Assembly (NCBI GenBank): GCA_047602265.1
Contig: JASGHU010000001.1
Location: forward strand, 254,252 to 318,251
DNA: 64,000 nucleotides
DNA from: Spongiibacteraceae bacterium
GTDB lineage: Bacteria; Pseudomonadota; Gammaproteobacteria; Pseudomonadales; CAMLJR01
Direction of reading: 5' to 3'
Shown: positions 47,465 through 57,384 of the stretch, piece by piece
Position numbering within the stretch: the stretch's first letter is position 1
Layout of the letters: the number at the start of each line of letters is the position of its first letter
Made by a program: the position numbers and the translations under genes
The notes under the pieces: model-generated
The model's database searches: none
The model's input: only the letters and a program-made list of their open reading frames with translations
What the model was told of the DNA's origin: nothing

Positions 47465-48205
47465 ATGGGGACTCTACATAAGCTGGCGATGTCTGCCGCT
47501 ATCACTTCGGCATTGGGCTTAATCAGCTCATCGGCTTTTGCTGGCACTGCAGCGCCCTATCTTCCTACGTGGGATGCGTGGTTGAGCGTAAACAGCAGCG
47601 GCGATCTGATTTCCACCCCCATTACCAACAATAACGGATCAAACGATTTTTCAGTTGAAGGTAATCAGACGTTGGCGGGTTTTTCAGTGGATTGGAATCT
47701 GATGATGAATCCCGATCCCTATATCGATGGCTTCATCACTATTACCAACTTGAGCAGCTCCGCGCAGAATTTCACAGTCAATCTGAGCTTGCCGGTGACT
47801 CCTGCATTCGCACCGGGCCTGATGGGCGGTTCGATCGACGCCACGGTTTACGATCTCAACGGCAATGGCTCGGCCACCTTGCAACCACAAGGCAGCACCA
47901 GCAATCCGATTTATTTCGGCCGTATTGATGGCGCCAATACAACGCTCGTGATGTTTGCTCAAGTGCTGAGCTGCGCCGGCGTTAATTGCAGCGCGAATTC
48001 CAGCGAGTCGCAAATGCCTGCGTACATCCCTGTTGCAGGCGTAAATACCAGCATCGGCACACGCCTGCAATTTAATTTGTCTGGCAACGATCGCGTTACT
48101 TTCGCAACGCATTTTGAAGTATTGCCGGTGCCCGTTCCCGCCTCAGCATGGCTGATGGGTTCGGCGATTATCGGCCTCGTCGGTGCACGCCGTCGCCATA
48201 AATAA
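47465..48205 (+). CDS. secreted protein with VPLPA-CTERM (PEP-CTERM-like) sorting signal
   Basis: Signal peptide (AITSALGLISSSAFA), an Asn/Ser/Thr-rich body, and the C-terminal sorting signal VPVPASAWLMGSAIIGLVGARRRHK. Confidence 0.6.
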   Translation: MGTLHKLAMSAAITSALGLISSSAFAGTAAPYLPTWDAWLSVNSSGDLISTPITNNNGSNDFSVEGNQTLAGFSVDWNLMMNPDPYIDGFITITNLSSSAQNFTVNLSLPVTPAFAPGLMGGSIDATVYDLNGNGSATLQPQGSTSNPIYFGRIDGANTTLVMFAQVLSCAGVNCSANSSESQMPAYIPVAGVNTSIGTRLQFNLSGNDRVTFATHFEVLPVPVPASAWLMGSAIIGLVGARRRHK

Positions 48206-48221
48206 TCACCGTTAAATCTTA

Positions 48222-48251
48222 AAGCCTTGATAGAAATATCAGGGCTTTTTT
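48222..48251 (+). terminator. rho-independent terminator
   Basis: An 11-bp stem (AAGCCTTGATA / TATCAGGGCTT, with one G:U pair) and GAAA loop, followed by TTTT. Confidence 0.7.
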
Positions 48252-48681
48252 ATGGCCTGCCATTCCTGTGGCGGCCACCCTTCGGGTCGTCGCTGGCGCG
48301 ACGCTAAAAATTGCTCCCTGCAATTTTTTATTGGATGGTTATTCATAAACTCATTGACGTCGATCGTCGCCTAAGAAAAACATCGTTTAACCAGAGTGCA
48401 ATTAACGGTGGATCAGCACCGTTTTCTCGCGAATAATGCGGGCACCGTCAATGAATGGCGGCGCACACGGATCAAGTGCGATTGCGATAAGGATTGCGGC
48501 AGGAGTTGTAGTGAACAGCGGATTGTTTTCTCATGCGCTAAAGCTTTTCGTATTGATAGTTTTAGCGTTCTGCGCCACCTCAGCTTAGTCTCCGCCATCG
48601 ATTCCTATTTATTGCTCGTGCTTGCTCCGTAAATCCTCAGCAAGAGCGATTCATTTCGCTCGGAAAACGGAGTTTCACATC

Positions 48682-50802
48682 ATGAACGATGAAATCAAAA
48701 AAGCTGTGCAGAAATCGCGAGCATCGACGCAAGCGGCGCACACCGAACAGCGCAACAATTTCAAAACCCTGCTGCTGACCAATCCGAACTATTTCGGCAA
48801 TTTAAGCGAAAGCGCCTTTACGCCAATATTTCCGCTCAGCGGCAACACGCATTACGAAGAGCTCGGCTGCGTCGGTTATCACCCACAACAGGAACAGCTC
48901 GAAGGCGTGGTGTATATCTATCAACCATCGGGTTATAGCAGCGGAATTTGCGGTTCGGGATCTACCGAATACGTGCGCTTCTATTTATCGTTCGACAACG
49001 GCGCGTCGTGGCAGGATCAAGGACTCACGAGTTTTCAGGCCTACGACATTCCGCAAGGTACCGAAGGCAGCAAACGTCTTGAATACGCCGTATCGCTCAA
49101 AGTCGATCCTGCGCGAACATTTTGTTTCTTCGGCGCGCATTTGATTAAAGCGCGTGCGATTTTGTCGTGGAATAATCCGCCGCCAGCGAATCAGCCGAAC
49201 TGGAATCCGATCTGGGGCAATGTGCGCGAAGCGACCATTCAAGTCGAACCGCGCCGCCTTATTTTTCCGCTCGACGCATTGAAAGCAGCGAAAGTAAAAA
49301 TTCCGGAGGCGCTCGGCGAAATTCTCGCGCTCGACAAACCGATTGCGACGCAGCCCAAAGCCCTCAACGTCGCGCAATTATCGGTGCTGTACAAAGACAA
49401 AGGCGTGCCCGTGCATCGCTTCGCGCACAAAGAACTCGCGCAATACGCCTCGGGAAAATCGCTGCTGACTGCGGAAATGTTCAAAACGCAATTTCCGGAA
49501 ATTCAGCTCGACTCAAAAATCATCGATATTCTTTTTCCAAAAACCGACGGCGATATCAGCTACGAGGAATTGACCTGCATCGGTCTCGATCCGAATTCAC
49601 CGGATGCGCTGATCGGTGTCATCAAAGTAAAGAAAAACTCGGGATATTCCGGCGGGCCGTGCACACAGGGCAGCCGCGAATACGTGACGTGGTGGGCCGA
49701 TATCGACAATAACGGCAGCTTCGAAACGTATCTCGGCACCAGCGATGTGCGCGTTTACGACATCGCCAATATTCCGCCCGATGGCGTTCACTACGCGGTG
49801 CGCTTACCGGTCGATCTCAGCAAATACCGCAAAGATTGCCACGAAGGTCCAGTGGTCGTGCGCATTCGCGCGATCATGTCGTGGAATAGCCCTGCGCCAA
49901 ACAATAATCCGAATCACGTGCCGACATGGGGCAACCGCGAAGAGACGCTCATCAACATCGCGCCGAGCACGGGTGTCGCCGCGGGAAAAATCAGCCATAT
50001 CGGCAGCGTGCTGACGCCATTCATCAGCAATGCCACGGGGCTGACCTTGCCGGGCGCGCAATTCGCGCACAACGGTTTGCCATTACCCGATGCCTGTCCG
50101 TTCGCACGGCGCGTGGTTGTTCGCGGCTTCCCGGTGCTCAATCACAAATACAAAGTGGAAGTGACGCCGGTCGATGCAGCGAATAATCCGACTGGCGCAC
50201 CGGCACCTGTCGTCACATCGCTGCATATGGAATGGTCGGATCTCTCCACGCACACGCTCAACGCCGATCCCGTGACGAAGTTGTTCGACTATCAGGATTT
50301 CAATCACAACATCAACACGCATCTCGCTTACTGGGATACCACGGGCGACGATCGTTGGCGCGTGACGTTGCAGGTTTACGACAGCGCGAACAATCCCGTC
50401 GGCGCACCCGATGTGCATATCGTGCAACTGCACAACAGCGCGCCCGATGTGCATAAGGTGACGATATTCGCAGGCACCGGCGATTGCGGAAAATTCCCGA
50501 TCGGCACCGTGCTGCAAGGTAATTTCGTTGCGCGCGACGATTATCTTTCCAGCTACGGTCTCGCGATCGATCCACCGGTTAATACAGCACCGATCGGTGT
50601 ACCGGCACCCAGCTCGGGCACATCGAATACGCTGCCACTGCCGGGCGATAACTGGAGTCTCGATACCACCGGCATGAAACCTTGCGGCTATGTGCTGCGC
50701 GTAACCGCGTCGAATCGCGCCATCGTCAACAGCGCCGCCATCGGTATTCACGCGCAAGACACCGTTGGTTTTTGTTTGGAGGATAAAACACAGCCGGAGT
50801 GA
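48682..50802 (+). CDS. 706-aa protein of unknown family with an internally duplicated ~135-aa Cys-containing domain
   Basis: The ATG at 48682 follows GGAG. There is no signal peptide. Two homologous modules share the motifs YEEL-C-G, SGYSGG-C, GS-EYV, YAV-L-VD, RAI-SWN-P and WGN. Module 1 is at 48853-49251 and module 2 at 49561-49965. A ~250-aa beta-rich C-terminal region follows. Confidence 0.7.
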   Translation: MNDEIKKAVQKSRASTQAAHTEQRNNFKTLLLTNPNYFGNLSESAFTPIFPLSGNTHYEELGCVGYHPQQEQLEGVVYIYQPSGYSSGICGSGSTEYVRFYLSFDNGASWQDQGLTSFQAYDIPQGTEGSKRLEYAVSLKVDPARTFCFFGAHLIKARAILSWNNPPPANQPNWNPIWGNVREATIQVEPRRLIFPLDALKAAKVKIPEALGEILALDKPIATQPKALNVAQLSVLYKDKGVPVHRFAHKELAQYASGKSLLTAEMFKTQFPEIQLDSKIIDILFPKTDGDISYEELTCIGLDPNSPDALIGVIKVKKNSGYSGGPCTQGSREYVTWWADIDNNGSFETYLGTSDVRVYDIANIPPDGVHYAVRLPVDLSKYRKDCHEGPVVVRIRAIMSWNSPAPNNNPNHVPTWGNREETLINIAPSTGVAAGKISHIGSVLTPFISNATGLTLPGAQFAHNGLPLPDACPFARRVVVRGFPVLNHKYKVEVTPVDAANNPTGAPAPVVTSLHMEWSDLSTHTLNADPVTKLFDYQDFNHNINTHLAYWDTTGDDRWRVTLQVYDSANNPVGAPDVHIVQLHNSAPDVHKVTIFAGTGDCGKFPIGTVLQGNFVARDDYLSSYGLAIDPPVNTAPIGVPAPSSGTSNTLPLPGDNWSLDTTGMKPCGYVLRVTASNRAIVNSAAIGIHAQDTVGFCLEDKTQPE

Positions 50803-50823
50803 TAAAGCTTCCGTAGCCCACCT

Positions 50824-50847
50824 GCGCGCCTCTGGGCGCGCTTTTTT
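50824..50847 (+). terminator. rho-independent terminator
   Basis: GCGCGCC-tctg-GGCGCGC followed by TTTTTT. Confidence 0.8.
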
Positions 50848-51054
50848 AATTGCGGTCATTCACATCTGCACAATCTAACGCATTGGCGCTGCCTTATCCG
50901 CGGCGCACTCAATATTTCTTAAACGCCTGGTTTTGTATTGTCGAAAAGTACAGCTAGACTAATCCGATATATTGCGAGCAAACTCGTATCGCACACAATT
51001 CGCGGATGTACATATTTCAGCCTGAAACGTATTTTCGACAAAGGATATGTATCA

Positions 51055-51828
51055 ATGGACAATAATATTTATTCCACGCCCAACTCGCAGCTCTCAGAAA
51101 CACCCTCTATAGGACAATACGGCTCAATCGAGCGAGGCATTAATGGCGATTACGAAGTATCAGTAGGCGCCGTACTGAAAGAAGCATGGGCAAAGACCAA
51201 AGGCGCAAAGTGGACATTGCATGTTGCAGTTACGCTGTACGCAGTGATTTATTTGCTCGTTGCTGTTGCGCTTAGTTTTTTATTTAACGGTAATTTTTCA
51301 CCAACCCCACCACAACCAGCGCCTGACGCCATTGTTTCGACACTCTTGAAAACCCAGCTCAGCAGTGTGTTAATGATGGCGATTGTTGCGCCAATCGGCG
51401 TCGGTCTTTTCATGCTGGGTGTACGCCGATCTGTTGCGGCACCAATCAGTGCAACAATGATTCTCGGGCACTACAACCGCTTTGCTGCACTCGCAATAAC
51501 TCAGGTGCTTCTCTACATCGCCACAATAATCGGTTTTCTTTTGCTCATCATCCCGGGCATCTATCTTTCGATTGCCCTTTGCTTAGCATTACCGCTGGCA
51601 CTGGATAAAAAAATGGGGCCAATGGAAGCTTTGAATACATCGCGTAAAGCCATCGGCAAGCATTGGTTCAGCGTATTTGGTTTATTTCTCACGATTACAC
51701 TGCTTAACGCCGCAACAATTCTCACACTGGGCATCGGCCTTATTTGGACCATTCCGATGTCAATCATTGCGGTAGGCATTCTTTATCGCAACATTTTCGG
51801 CTGCGAAATAGAGACCATTTCCGAATAG
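51055..51828 (+). CDS. integral membrane protein (family uncertain, DUF975-like topology)
   Basis: The ATG at 51055 gives 257 aa. A polar N-terminus is followed by 5 or so TM helices. The gene ends 34 nt before the RDD gene. Confidence 0.6.
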   Translation: MDNNIYSTPNSQLSETPSIGQYGSIERGINGDYEVSVGAVLKEAWAKTKGAKWTLHVAVTLYAVIYLLVAVALSFLFNGNFSPTPPQPAPDAIVSTLLKTQLSSVLMMAIVAPIGVGLFMLGVRRSVAAPISATMILGHYNRFAALAITQVLLYIATIIGFLLLIIPGIYLSIALCLALPLALDKKMGPMEALNTSRKAIGKHWFSVFGLFLTITLLNAATILTLGIGLIWTIPMSIIAVGILYRNIFGCEIETISE

Positions 51829-51862
51829 ACATATTCATTTCATCCAAGCCCATCTTTGCAGC

Positions 51863-52552
51863 ATGCGCATAGATACTGCGTATCAGATCGAGACCCCGGA
51901 AGGTATCGATTTACAAGCGGATATTGCCGGCCCCGTGCCGCGCATGCTCGCGTACGCAATCGATTTGGGCTTGCGCAGCATCATTCTGGCCGTACTCGGC
52001 ATTGCACTGCGTTTCATTCCGGGTCACAGCGGCGTCGCTATTTGGTTATTAATTTCATTTTTTTTTGAATGGCTGTATCCCGCATGTTATGAAGTTTATC
52101 GCGGCGGTCAAACACCAGGAAAAAAATGGCTACATCTCGCCGTTGTTAACGATGATTTTACGCCTGTGCGCTGGAGTGCAGCGCTGATGCGCAATCTTTT
52201 GCGCGTAGTCGATTTTTTGCCATTCGGATTTCTTGGCGGGCTTCTCAGCATGACACTCTCTACACGCTTTCAGCGACTCGGTGATCTCGCTGCGGGCACG
52301 CTAGTCATACATCGCAGTAAAGCACACGCTCGACAAATGCTACCGGAATGCCGCGCCCTGCCACCGCCTGCGTATCTATCGAGTGATGATCAATTAGCCA
52401 TTATTAATTTTGCGCAACGCCATAAGGAATTATCCATCGATCGCCAACGCGAACTCGCCGCCATTCTCGCGCCGCTACTGGATAAAGACGATAACGACGA
52501 AACTCTCGTGCAATTGCAGGGCATGGGGCTATGGTTATCAGGTGAGCGCTGA
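51863..52552 (+). CDS. RDD-family membrane protein
   Basis: YAIDLGLRS...GQTPGKKWLHLAVV...RNLLRVVDFLP...RLGDLAAGTLVI is the RDD domain pattern. Confidence 0.8.
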   Translation: MRIDTAYQIETPEGIDLQADIAGPVPRMLAYAIDLGLRSIILAVLGIALRFIPGHSGVAIWLLISFFFEWLYPACYEVYRGGQTPGKKWLHLAVVNDDFTPVRWSAALMRNLLRVVDFLPFGFLGGLLSMTLSTRFQRLGDLAAGTLVIHRSKAHARQMLPECRALPPPAYLSSDDQLAIINFAQRHKELSIDRQRELAAILAPLLDKDDNDETLVQLQGMGLWLSGER

Positions 52553-52570
52553 ACATTCGGGAATTAGAAA

Positions 52571-53545
52571 ATGAAGCAACAGGAGTTCGAGCAGCGCTAC
52601 GAGTCGCAATGGCAAACACTCGAAGAGTGGTTACAACTGCCCTCACCAGAACGTGCAGCAAAAACCAATAGCATTGCTCTGGAATTTCCAACACGGTACC
52701 GCGCGCTTTGCCACCAGCTTGCCATTGCTAAGCAGCGCCGTTACAGCACACACCTTGTCGAGCGACTGAATCGCATCGCACTGCTCGCGCATCATCGTTT
52801 TTATTCCGACTACGGACGTGAACGCGGTCGCTGGCTGCGATTTTTTGTCATCGATTTTCCGCAGGCACTGCGGGCTAATGCCCTGCTAATTGCACTGTCT
52901 GCCGCTCTATTTATTTTGCCCGCAATCGCAATTGGCTTAGGCTGCTATTGGCATCGTGATTTAATTTACAGCGTACTATCGATCGAACAAGTGCAGCATT
53001 TCGACGAGATGTATCGCCCCGGCTTGCAACGCATTGGTCGCAACAGGCAGACCGATACCGATTTGCTCATGTTCGGCTATTACATCAAAAACAATATCGG
53101 CGTTGCATTTCGTACATTTGCCAGCGGAATGCTACTCGGTGTCGGCAGTATTTTTTTCATGATTTATAACGGTGTGATGATGGGCGCCGTGACGGGCTAC
53201 ATCAGCTCTCACGGCTATACCAATACCTTTTTCCCATTCGTGATTGGCCACGGTGCATTCGAATTGACCGCGATCGTATTTAGCGGTGCCGCAGGCCTGA
53301 AATTAGGATTGGCCGTGCTCGCTCCGGGGCAGTTCAGCCGTCTCACCGCATTGCGAATGGCGGGCCGCGAAGCGATGGTATTGATGTACGGTGTTATCGC
53401 AATGCTGACGATCGCGGCTTTTCTAGAGGGCTTTTGGTCGTCGCAAGCCAACCTACCCAACTCGATCAAATATTCAGCGGGCATCGCACTTTGGTGTGCT
53501 GTGATTCTTTATGCTGTAGGCATGGGGCGTAATCGTGCAGCTTGA
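52571..53545 (+). CDS. stage II sporulation protein M-like (DUF95) membrane protein
   Basis: NNIGVAFRTFASGMLLGVGSIFFMIYNGVMMGAV...GHGAFELTAIVFSGAAGLKLG. Confidence 0.75.
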   Translation: MKQQEFEQRYESQWQTLEEWLQLPSPERAAKTNSIALEFPTRYRALCHQLAIAKQRRYSTHLVERLNRIALLAHHRFYSDYGRERGRWLRFFVIDFPQALRANALLIALSAALFILPAIAIGLGCYWHRDLIYSVLSIEQVQHFDEMYRPGLQRIGRNRQTDTDLLMFGYYIKNNIGVAFRTFASGMLLGVGSIFFMIYNGVMMGAVTGYISSHGYTNTFFPFVIGHGAFELTAIVFSGAAGLKLGLAVLAPGQFSRLTALRMAGREAMVLMYGVIAMLTIAAFLEGFWSSQANLPNSIKYSAGIALWCAVILYAVGMGRNRAA

Positions 53546-55052
53546 TCGCATTGTTATAGAGCCGCGCGCGCGCAGTGCCTGGGAAGCTATCGATCTTGGC
53601 TTTTTACTTGCGCGTGCCTGGTGGCGTGAATTATTCCTCGCCTGGTTAGTTCCGAGCGCGGTGCTGCTATGCGTTTTATTCATCGTCATCCCATCGAGCT
53701 GGTGGTGGATCAATCCAATGATCATTTGGTGGCTGAAGCCGATCTGGGATTGCGCGCCGCTGTATATTGCGAGCCAACGTTTATTTGGCGAAAACATACG
53801 ACTGCGCGATGCGTGGCGAACCATTCCACGCACACTTGGATCTGAAACTATCGCATGGCTCACATGGCGACGTTTCAACGTTTCGCGTTCGGTGGATATG
53901 CCCGTGACACTGCTGGAAAACCTGCGCGGTAACGAAAGGCGCAAACGTCTCTCTATACTCCATAGAAATATCGGCAGTAGCGCAACGTGGTTGACCATAA
54001 CCTGTGGTAACGCCGAGATGATTCTCTATTTCGGCACATTGGTGTTCCTATTTTGGATGGTGCCCGAGAGCTTTCAATTCAACCCGTTTTTGCTATTAAA
54101 CAAACAGACTGCACCCGTGCAATTGATCAGCGGGCTTTTCACATTTTTCACATCGGCACTCATTGCCCCGTTTTACACAATGGCAGGTTTCGCGTTGTAT
54201 ATCAGCCGGCGTATCGAGCTGGAGGGCTGGGATATCGAGATCCGTTTTCGCCATATCGCCACCAAACGCAGCCGACAACACCCGCACAACGCTGTCACCG
54301 CGACTGCATTACTACTCATAGCGATATTTTGCGGTGGCTCGAGTACGCAAGCTCAAGCGGAAGATACAGTCGATACTCAGGAAATAGTTTCACATCAACG
54401 CATCGCAAGAATAATCGACTCAAGCGATTTCAACACGCAAACCGAAACTTGGCATTGGCGTTTAAAAAACAAATCGGAAGAGGCCACCACGCAAAGCGCC
54501 GTACCGGAGTGGTTAATTCGCTGTGTCGAGTGGCTAGAAAAACTCAGCGGAAAGCGCAATTACTTTGTCGACGCGGCACAAGTAATTCGCTTCATACTCG
54601 CCGTCACTTTGATATCCCTAGCGATTTATCTACTTTATCGGTATCGCGATATAACGCGACGCTGGCTGCACCTACCGACAAAAAAAACACGTCATACCAC
54701 ACCGGATATATTATTTGGTCTTGACGTACGCACTGAAAACTTGCCAGACGACGTGCCCGCCGAAGTGCTTCAGCTCTGGCGCAGCGAACAACCACGTACA
54801 GCATTGAGTCTGCTCTATCGAGCGACACTGGCTCAGTTGCTAACGCGCTTCTCACTGCCATTCCACAGCGATCACACCGAGCTTGAGTGTGCTGCAATTG
54901 TTGAAAACACGGCACCTCCGCACCTTGCGCCCTTCTTTCATGAACTTACCGCAACCTGGCAACGACTAGCCTACGCACATCAACTACCGCGCAGTGAGGT
55001 CATCGAACATCTCTGCATGCAATGGCGCGAGGCTTTCGCCGATGCGCATTAA
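53535..55052 (+). CDS. membrane protein with C-terminal DUF4129-like domain
   Basis: GTG start overlapping the upstream stop by 11 nt. Several TM helices are followed by a C-terminal helical region (LLYRATLAQLLTRFSLPFHSDHTELEC) typical of DUF4129. Confidence 0.65.
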   Translation: MQLDRIVIEPRARSAWEAIDLGFLLARAWWRELFLAWLVPSAVLLCVLFIVIPSSWWWINPMIIWWLKPIWDCAPLYIASQRLFGENIRLRDAWRTIPRTLGSETIAWLTWRRFNVSRSVDMPVTLLENLRGNERRKRLSILHRNIGSSATWLTITCGNAEMILYFGTLVFLFWMVPESFQFNPFLLLNKQTAPVQLISGLFTFFTSALIAPFYTMAGFALYISRRIELEGWDIEIRFRHIATKRSRQHPHNAVTATALLLIAIFCGGSSTQAQAEDTVDTQEIVSHQRIARIIDSSDFNTQTETWHWRLKNKSEEATTQSAVPEWLIRCVEWLEKLSGKRNYFVDAAQVIRFILAVTLISLAIYLLYRYRDITRRWLHLPTKKTRHTTPDILFGLDVRTENLPDDVPAEVLQLWRSEQPRTALSLLYRATLAQLLTRFSLPFHSDHTELECAAIVENTAPPHLAPFFHELTATWQRLAYAHQLPRSEVIEHLCMQWREAFADAH

Positions 55053-56406
55053 TACCCCGCTTCTGCTGTGCGTACTACTCGCCGCCGTGGGTGTTTATGC
55101 CCTATATGACCGCATCGAATTCTACAAGAAGTCCGAACAGGGCCCGTGGAGCGAAGCAGCACTGAATAATCCATTTCTCGCCGCACAACGTTATCTCGAA
55201 GAACAGCACGTTGTTGTCCGCAGCGATGCCGAACTCTCGCCGCGTGAAGATCTCGCCACACGCGGTACCTTGGTATTAATGAGTTCGACGGCAGTAAAAA
55301 ATGAGTTTCTTGCCGAAAAAATCTTGGACTGGGTCGAGCACGGCGGGCACTTAATTGTTGAGGCCAGTGACGATGCTGATAATGAGCTTCTGCTGACAAA
55401 ACTCCACATCACCAAAAATTGGGGCAGCGAAGATGAAGATGAAGGAGACAATTCATCTGCAAACGACGAACCCAAACCAGTCGCTGAAGCTGAACAACCT
55501 CCTACACCCGCAGCCAAATCCGAAGAGACTGCAGAAGACGATGATGATGCGCTGACAGAAAAGAAACTCAGCCAACGCCTGCGCGAGTACAACGAAAAAA
55601 TTAAGCAGAATAAATCTGTGCAGGATTCGAACGATTCGAAAGACAGGCAATGCCCTACGCCCGACCCCACCAGGCTGACAAATATTCAACTACCCGGCAA
55701 CAGCCACATTATCCAGGCGCAGTTTTCTAACTATTCGAGACTTGAACAGCCTTACTTTAGAAACGGAGATAACAAGCCCGCTGCCGATGTACACAAGCCC
55801 ACTTTTTTTATCCGTAACCAATCGGGTGTTCATTTGACTCAATTTACTCTAGGCGCGGGCAAATTAACCGTGCTTTCAGATATCAGCATTTGGACACGTA
55901 AAGAAATTGCTGATTACGACCACGCGCTGCTGCTTGATGCGCTGATCGATCCATCACATCCCGTACACTTCCTATACGGCGTCAACATGCCGAGCCTGAC
56001 AACTCTCCTATGGCGCAACGCCTATGAAGCTCTGTGTGCGGGAGTGCTACTACTACTCGCCTGGCTGGTTTATCGAGGGCGCCGTTTTGGATCGACACTC
56101 GATGCCACCAGCGATCAACGCCGTGCGAGTAGCGAGCACTGGCTGGCTGCAGCACGTTATCAATGGCAAAACGATCAGGCCGCCGCTCTCATTGATGCTG
56201 TACGTGCGACCATCATCAAACAAGCAGCATTGCGCTTTCCCGGTTTCGAACAATGGTCGGAGCATGAACAGATAACCGTGCTCAGCGCCGAAAGTCATCT
56301 CTCAAAGGACATACTGCGCACTGCATTACATATGTCCACAACAGACGATTCTGATCAATTTTGCGAATGTATTACCACCTTACAGCAGCTGAGACGTCAT
56401 TTATGA
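55042..56406 (+). CDS. DUF4350-like protein with acidic low-complexity insert
   Basis: N-terminal TM followed by GTLVLMSS...LDWVEHGGHLIVEAS. An insert rich in Asp, Glu and Lys spans about 55420-55660. The gene overlaps its neighbours by 11 nt on the 5' side and 4 nt on the 3' side. Confidence 0.6.
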   Translation: MRINTPLLLCVLLAAVGVYALYDRIEFYKKSEQGPWSEAALNNPFLAAQRYLEEQHVVVRSDAELSPREDLATRGTLVLMSSTAVKNEFLAEKILDWVEHGGHLIVEASDDADNELLLTKLHITKNWGSEDEDEGDNSSANDEPKPVAEAEQPPTPAAKSEETAEDDDDALTEKKLSQRLREYNEKIKQNKSVQDSNDSKDRQCPTPDPTRLTNIQLPGNSHIIQAQFSNYSRLEQPYFRNGDNKPAADVHKPTFFIRNQSGVHLTQFTLGAGKLTVLSDISIWTRKEIADYDHALLLDALIDPSHPVHFLYGVNMPSLTTLLWRNAYEALCAGVLLLLAWLVYRGRRFGSTLDATSDQRRASSEHWLAAARYQWQNDQAAALIDAVRATIIKQAALRFPGFEQWSEHEQITVLSAESHLSKDILRTALHMSTTDDSDQFCECITTLQQLRRHL

Positions 56407-57368
56407 GCGCACTTGAACCCGAAGCATTTTCGCACGCCGCCCAAATTGCACAGCAATTGCGCGCACATATCAATCGACAACTTATCGGACAACCGATTGT
56501 CGTCGATCAAATTTTAATTGCGCTATTTGCGGGCGGTCATGTCCTTCTCGAAGGCGTACCTGGATTAGGCAAAACCTTATTGGTACGCACGCTGTCTGAA
56601 TGCTTCAGCGGCGAATTCAAACGCATTCAATTCACTCCCGATCTTATGCCGGCCGATATCACCGGACATGTGCTGTACGATATGAAGGAAAGTCGTTTTC
56701 GCATACGCCGCGGGCCGATTTTCACCAATCTACTGCTCGCTGACGAAATTAATCGCGCACCTGCAAAAACTCAGGCAGCCTTGCTCGAAGTTATGCAGGA
56801 GCAGCAAGTCACTATCGAAGGCAACGCTCAGCCAGTGCCGCAACCGTTCATGGTATTGGCGACTCAAAACCCGATCGATCATGAGGGTACCTATCCGTTA
56901 CCCGAAGCAGAGCTCGATCGCTTTTTAATGAAAATTTTTATCGACTATCCATCACTCGACGATGAAATTGCCATTGCCAAAGTGATGACAAAGACCATCC
57001 CCGACGCGGTAACGAATAGCGCCCTCATCACAGCAGAGGATGTGAGGATGTTGCAGGCAACCACTGCGGCAGTTGCGGTCGATGAGCAGGTGTTTGCATA
57101 TGCCGTGCGACTCGTGCGCGCCACTCGCGAACACGGCGCGCTATTGCGCGGCGCCGGAACCCGCGCCTGTATCGCGTTGATTCGCTGCGGTCGCGCACAC
57201 GCTCTTCTGCGCGGCGAGAATTTTGTATTGCCTGACGACATCAAAGCCATGGCTGCGCCCGTACTGCGTCACCGCATCGCTTTAAGCGCAGAGATGGAAA
57301 TCGACGGACTCAACGCCGATCAAGTATTGCAAAAAGTCTTTGAAACGGTTGCCGCGCCACGCCTATGA
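56403..57368 (+). CDS. MoxR-family AAA+ ATPase
   Basis: Walker A GVPGLGKT, Walker B LLADEINRAPAKTQAALLEVMQE, and TQNPIDHEGTYPLPEAELDRF. Confidence 0.9.
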   Translation: MSALEPEAFSHAAQIAQQLRAHINRQLIGQPIVVDQILIALFAGGHVLLEGVPGLGKTLLVRTLSECFSGEFKRIQFTPDLMPADITGHVLYDMKESRFRIRRGPIFTNLLLADEINRAPAKTQAALLEVMQEQQVTIEGNAQPVPQPFMVLATQNPIDHEGTYPLPEAELDRFLMKIFIDYPSLDDEIAIAKVMTKTIPDAVTNSALITAEDVRMLQATTAAVAVDEQVFAYAVRLVRATREHGALLRGAGTRACIALIRCGRAHALLRGENFVLPDDIKAMAAPVLRHRIALSAEMEIDGLNADQVLQKVFETVAAPRL

Positions 57369-57384
57369 AATTTCGGGGCCGTTT

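Noticed and set aside
48262-48304. The GC-rich motif CTGTGGCGGCCACCCTTCGGGTCGTCGCTGGCGCGACGC might be a REP/MITE-type dispersed element.
   Set aside because: It resembles REP-like palindromic units, but I found only this one copy in the window. No target-site duplication or terminal inverted repeats are evident. A genome-wide count is needed to classify it.
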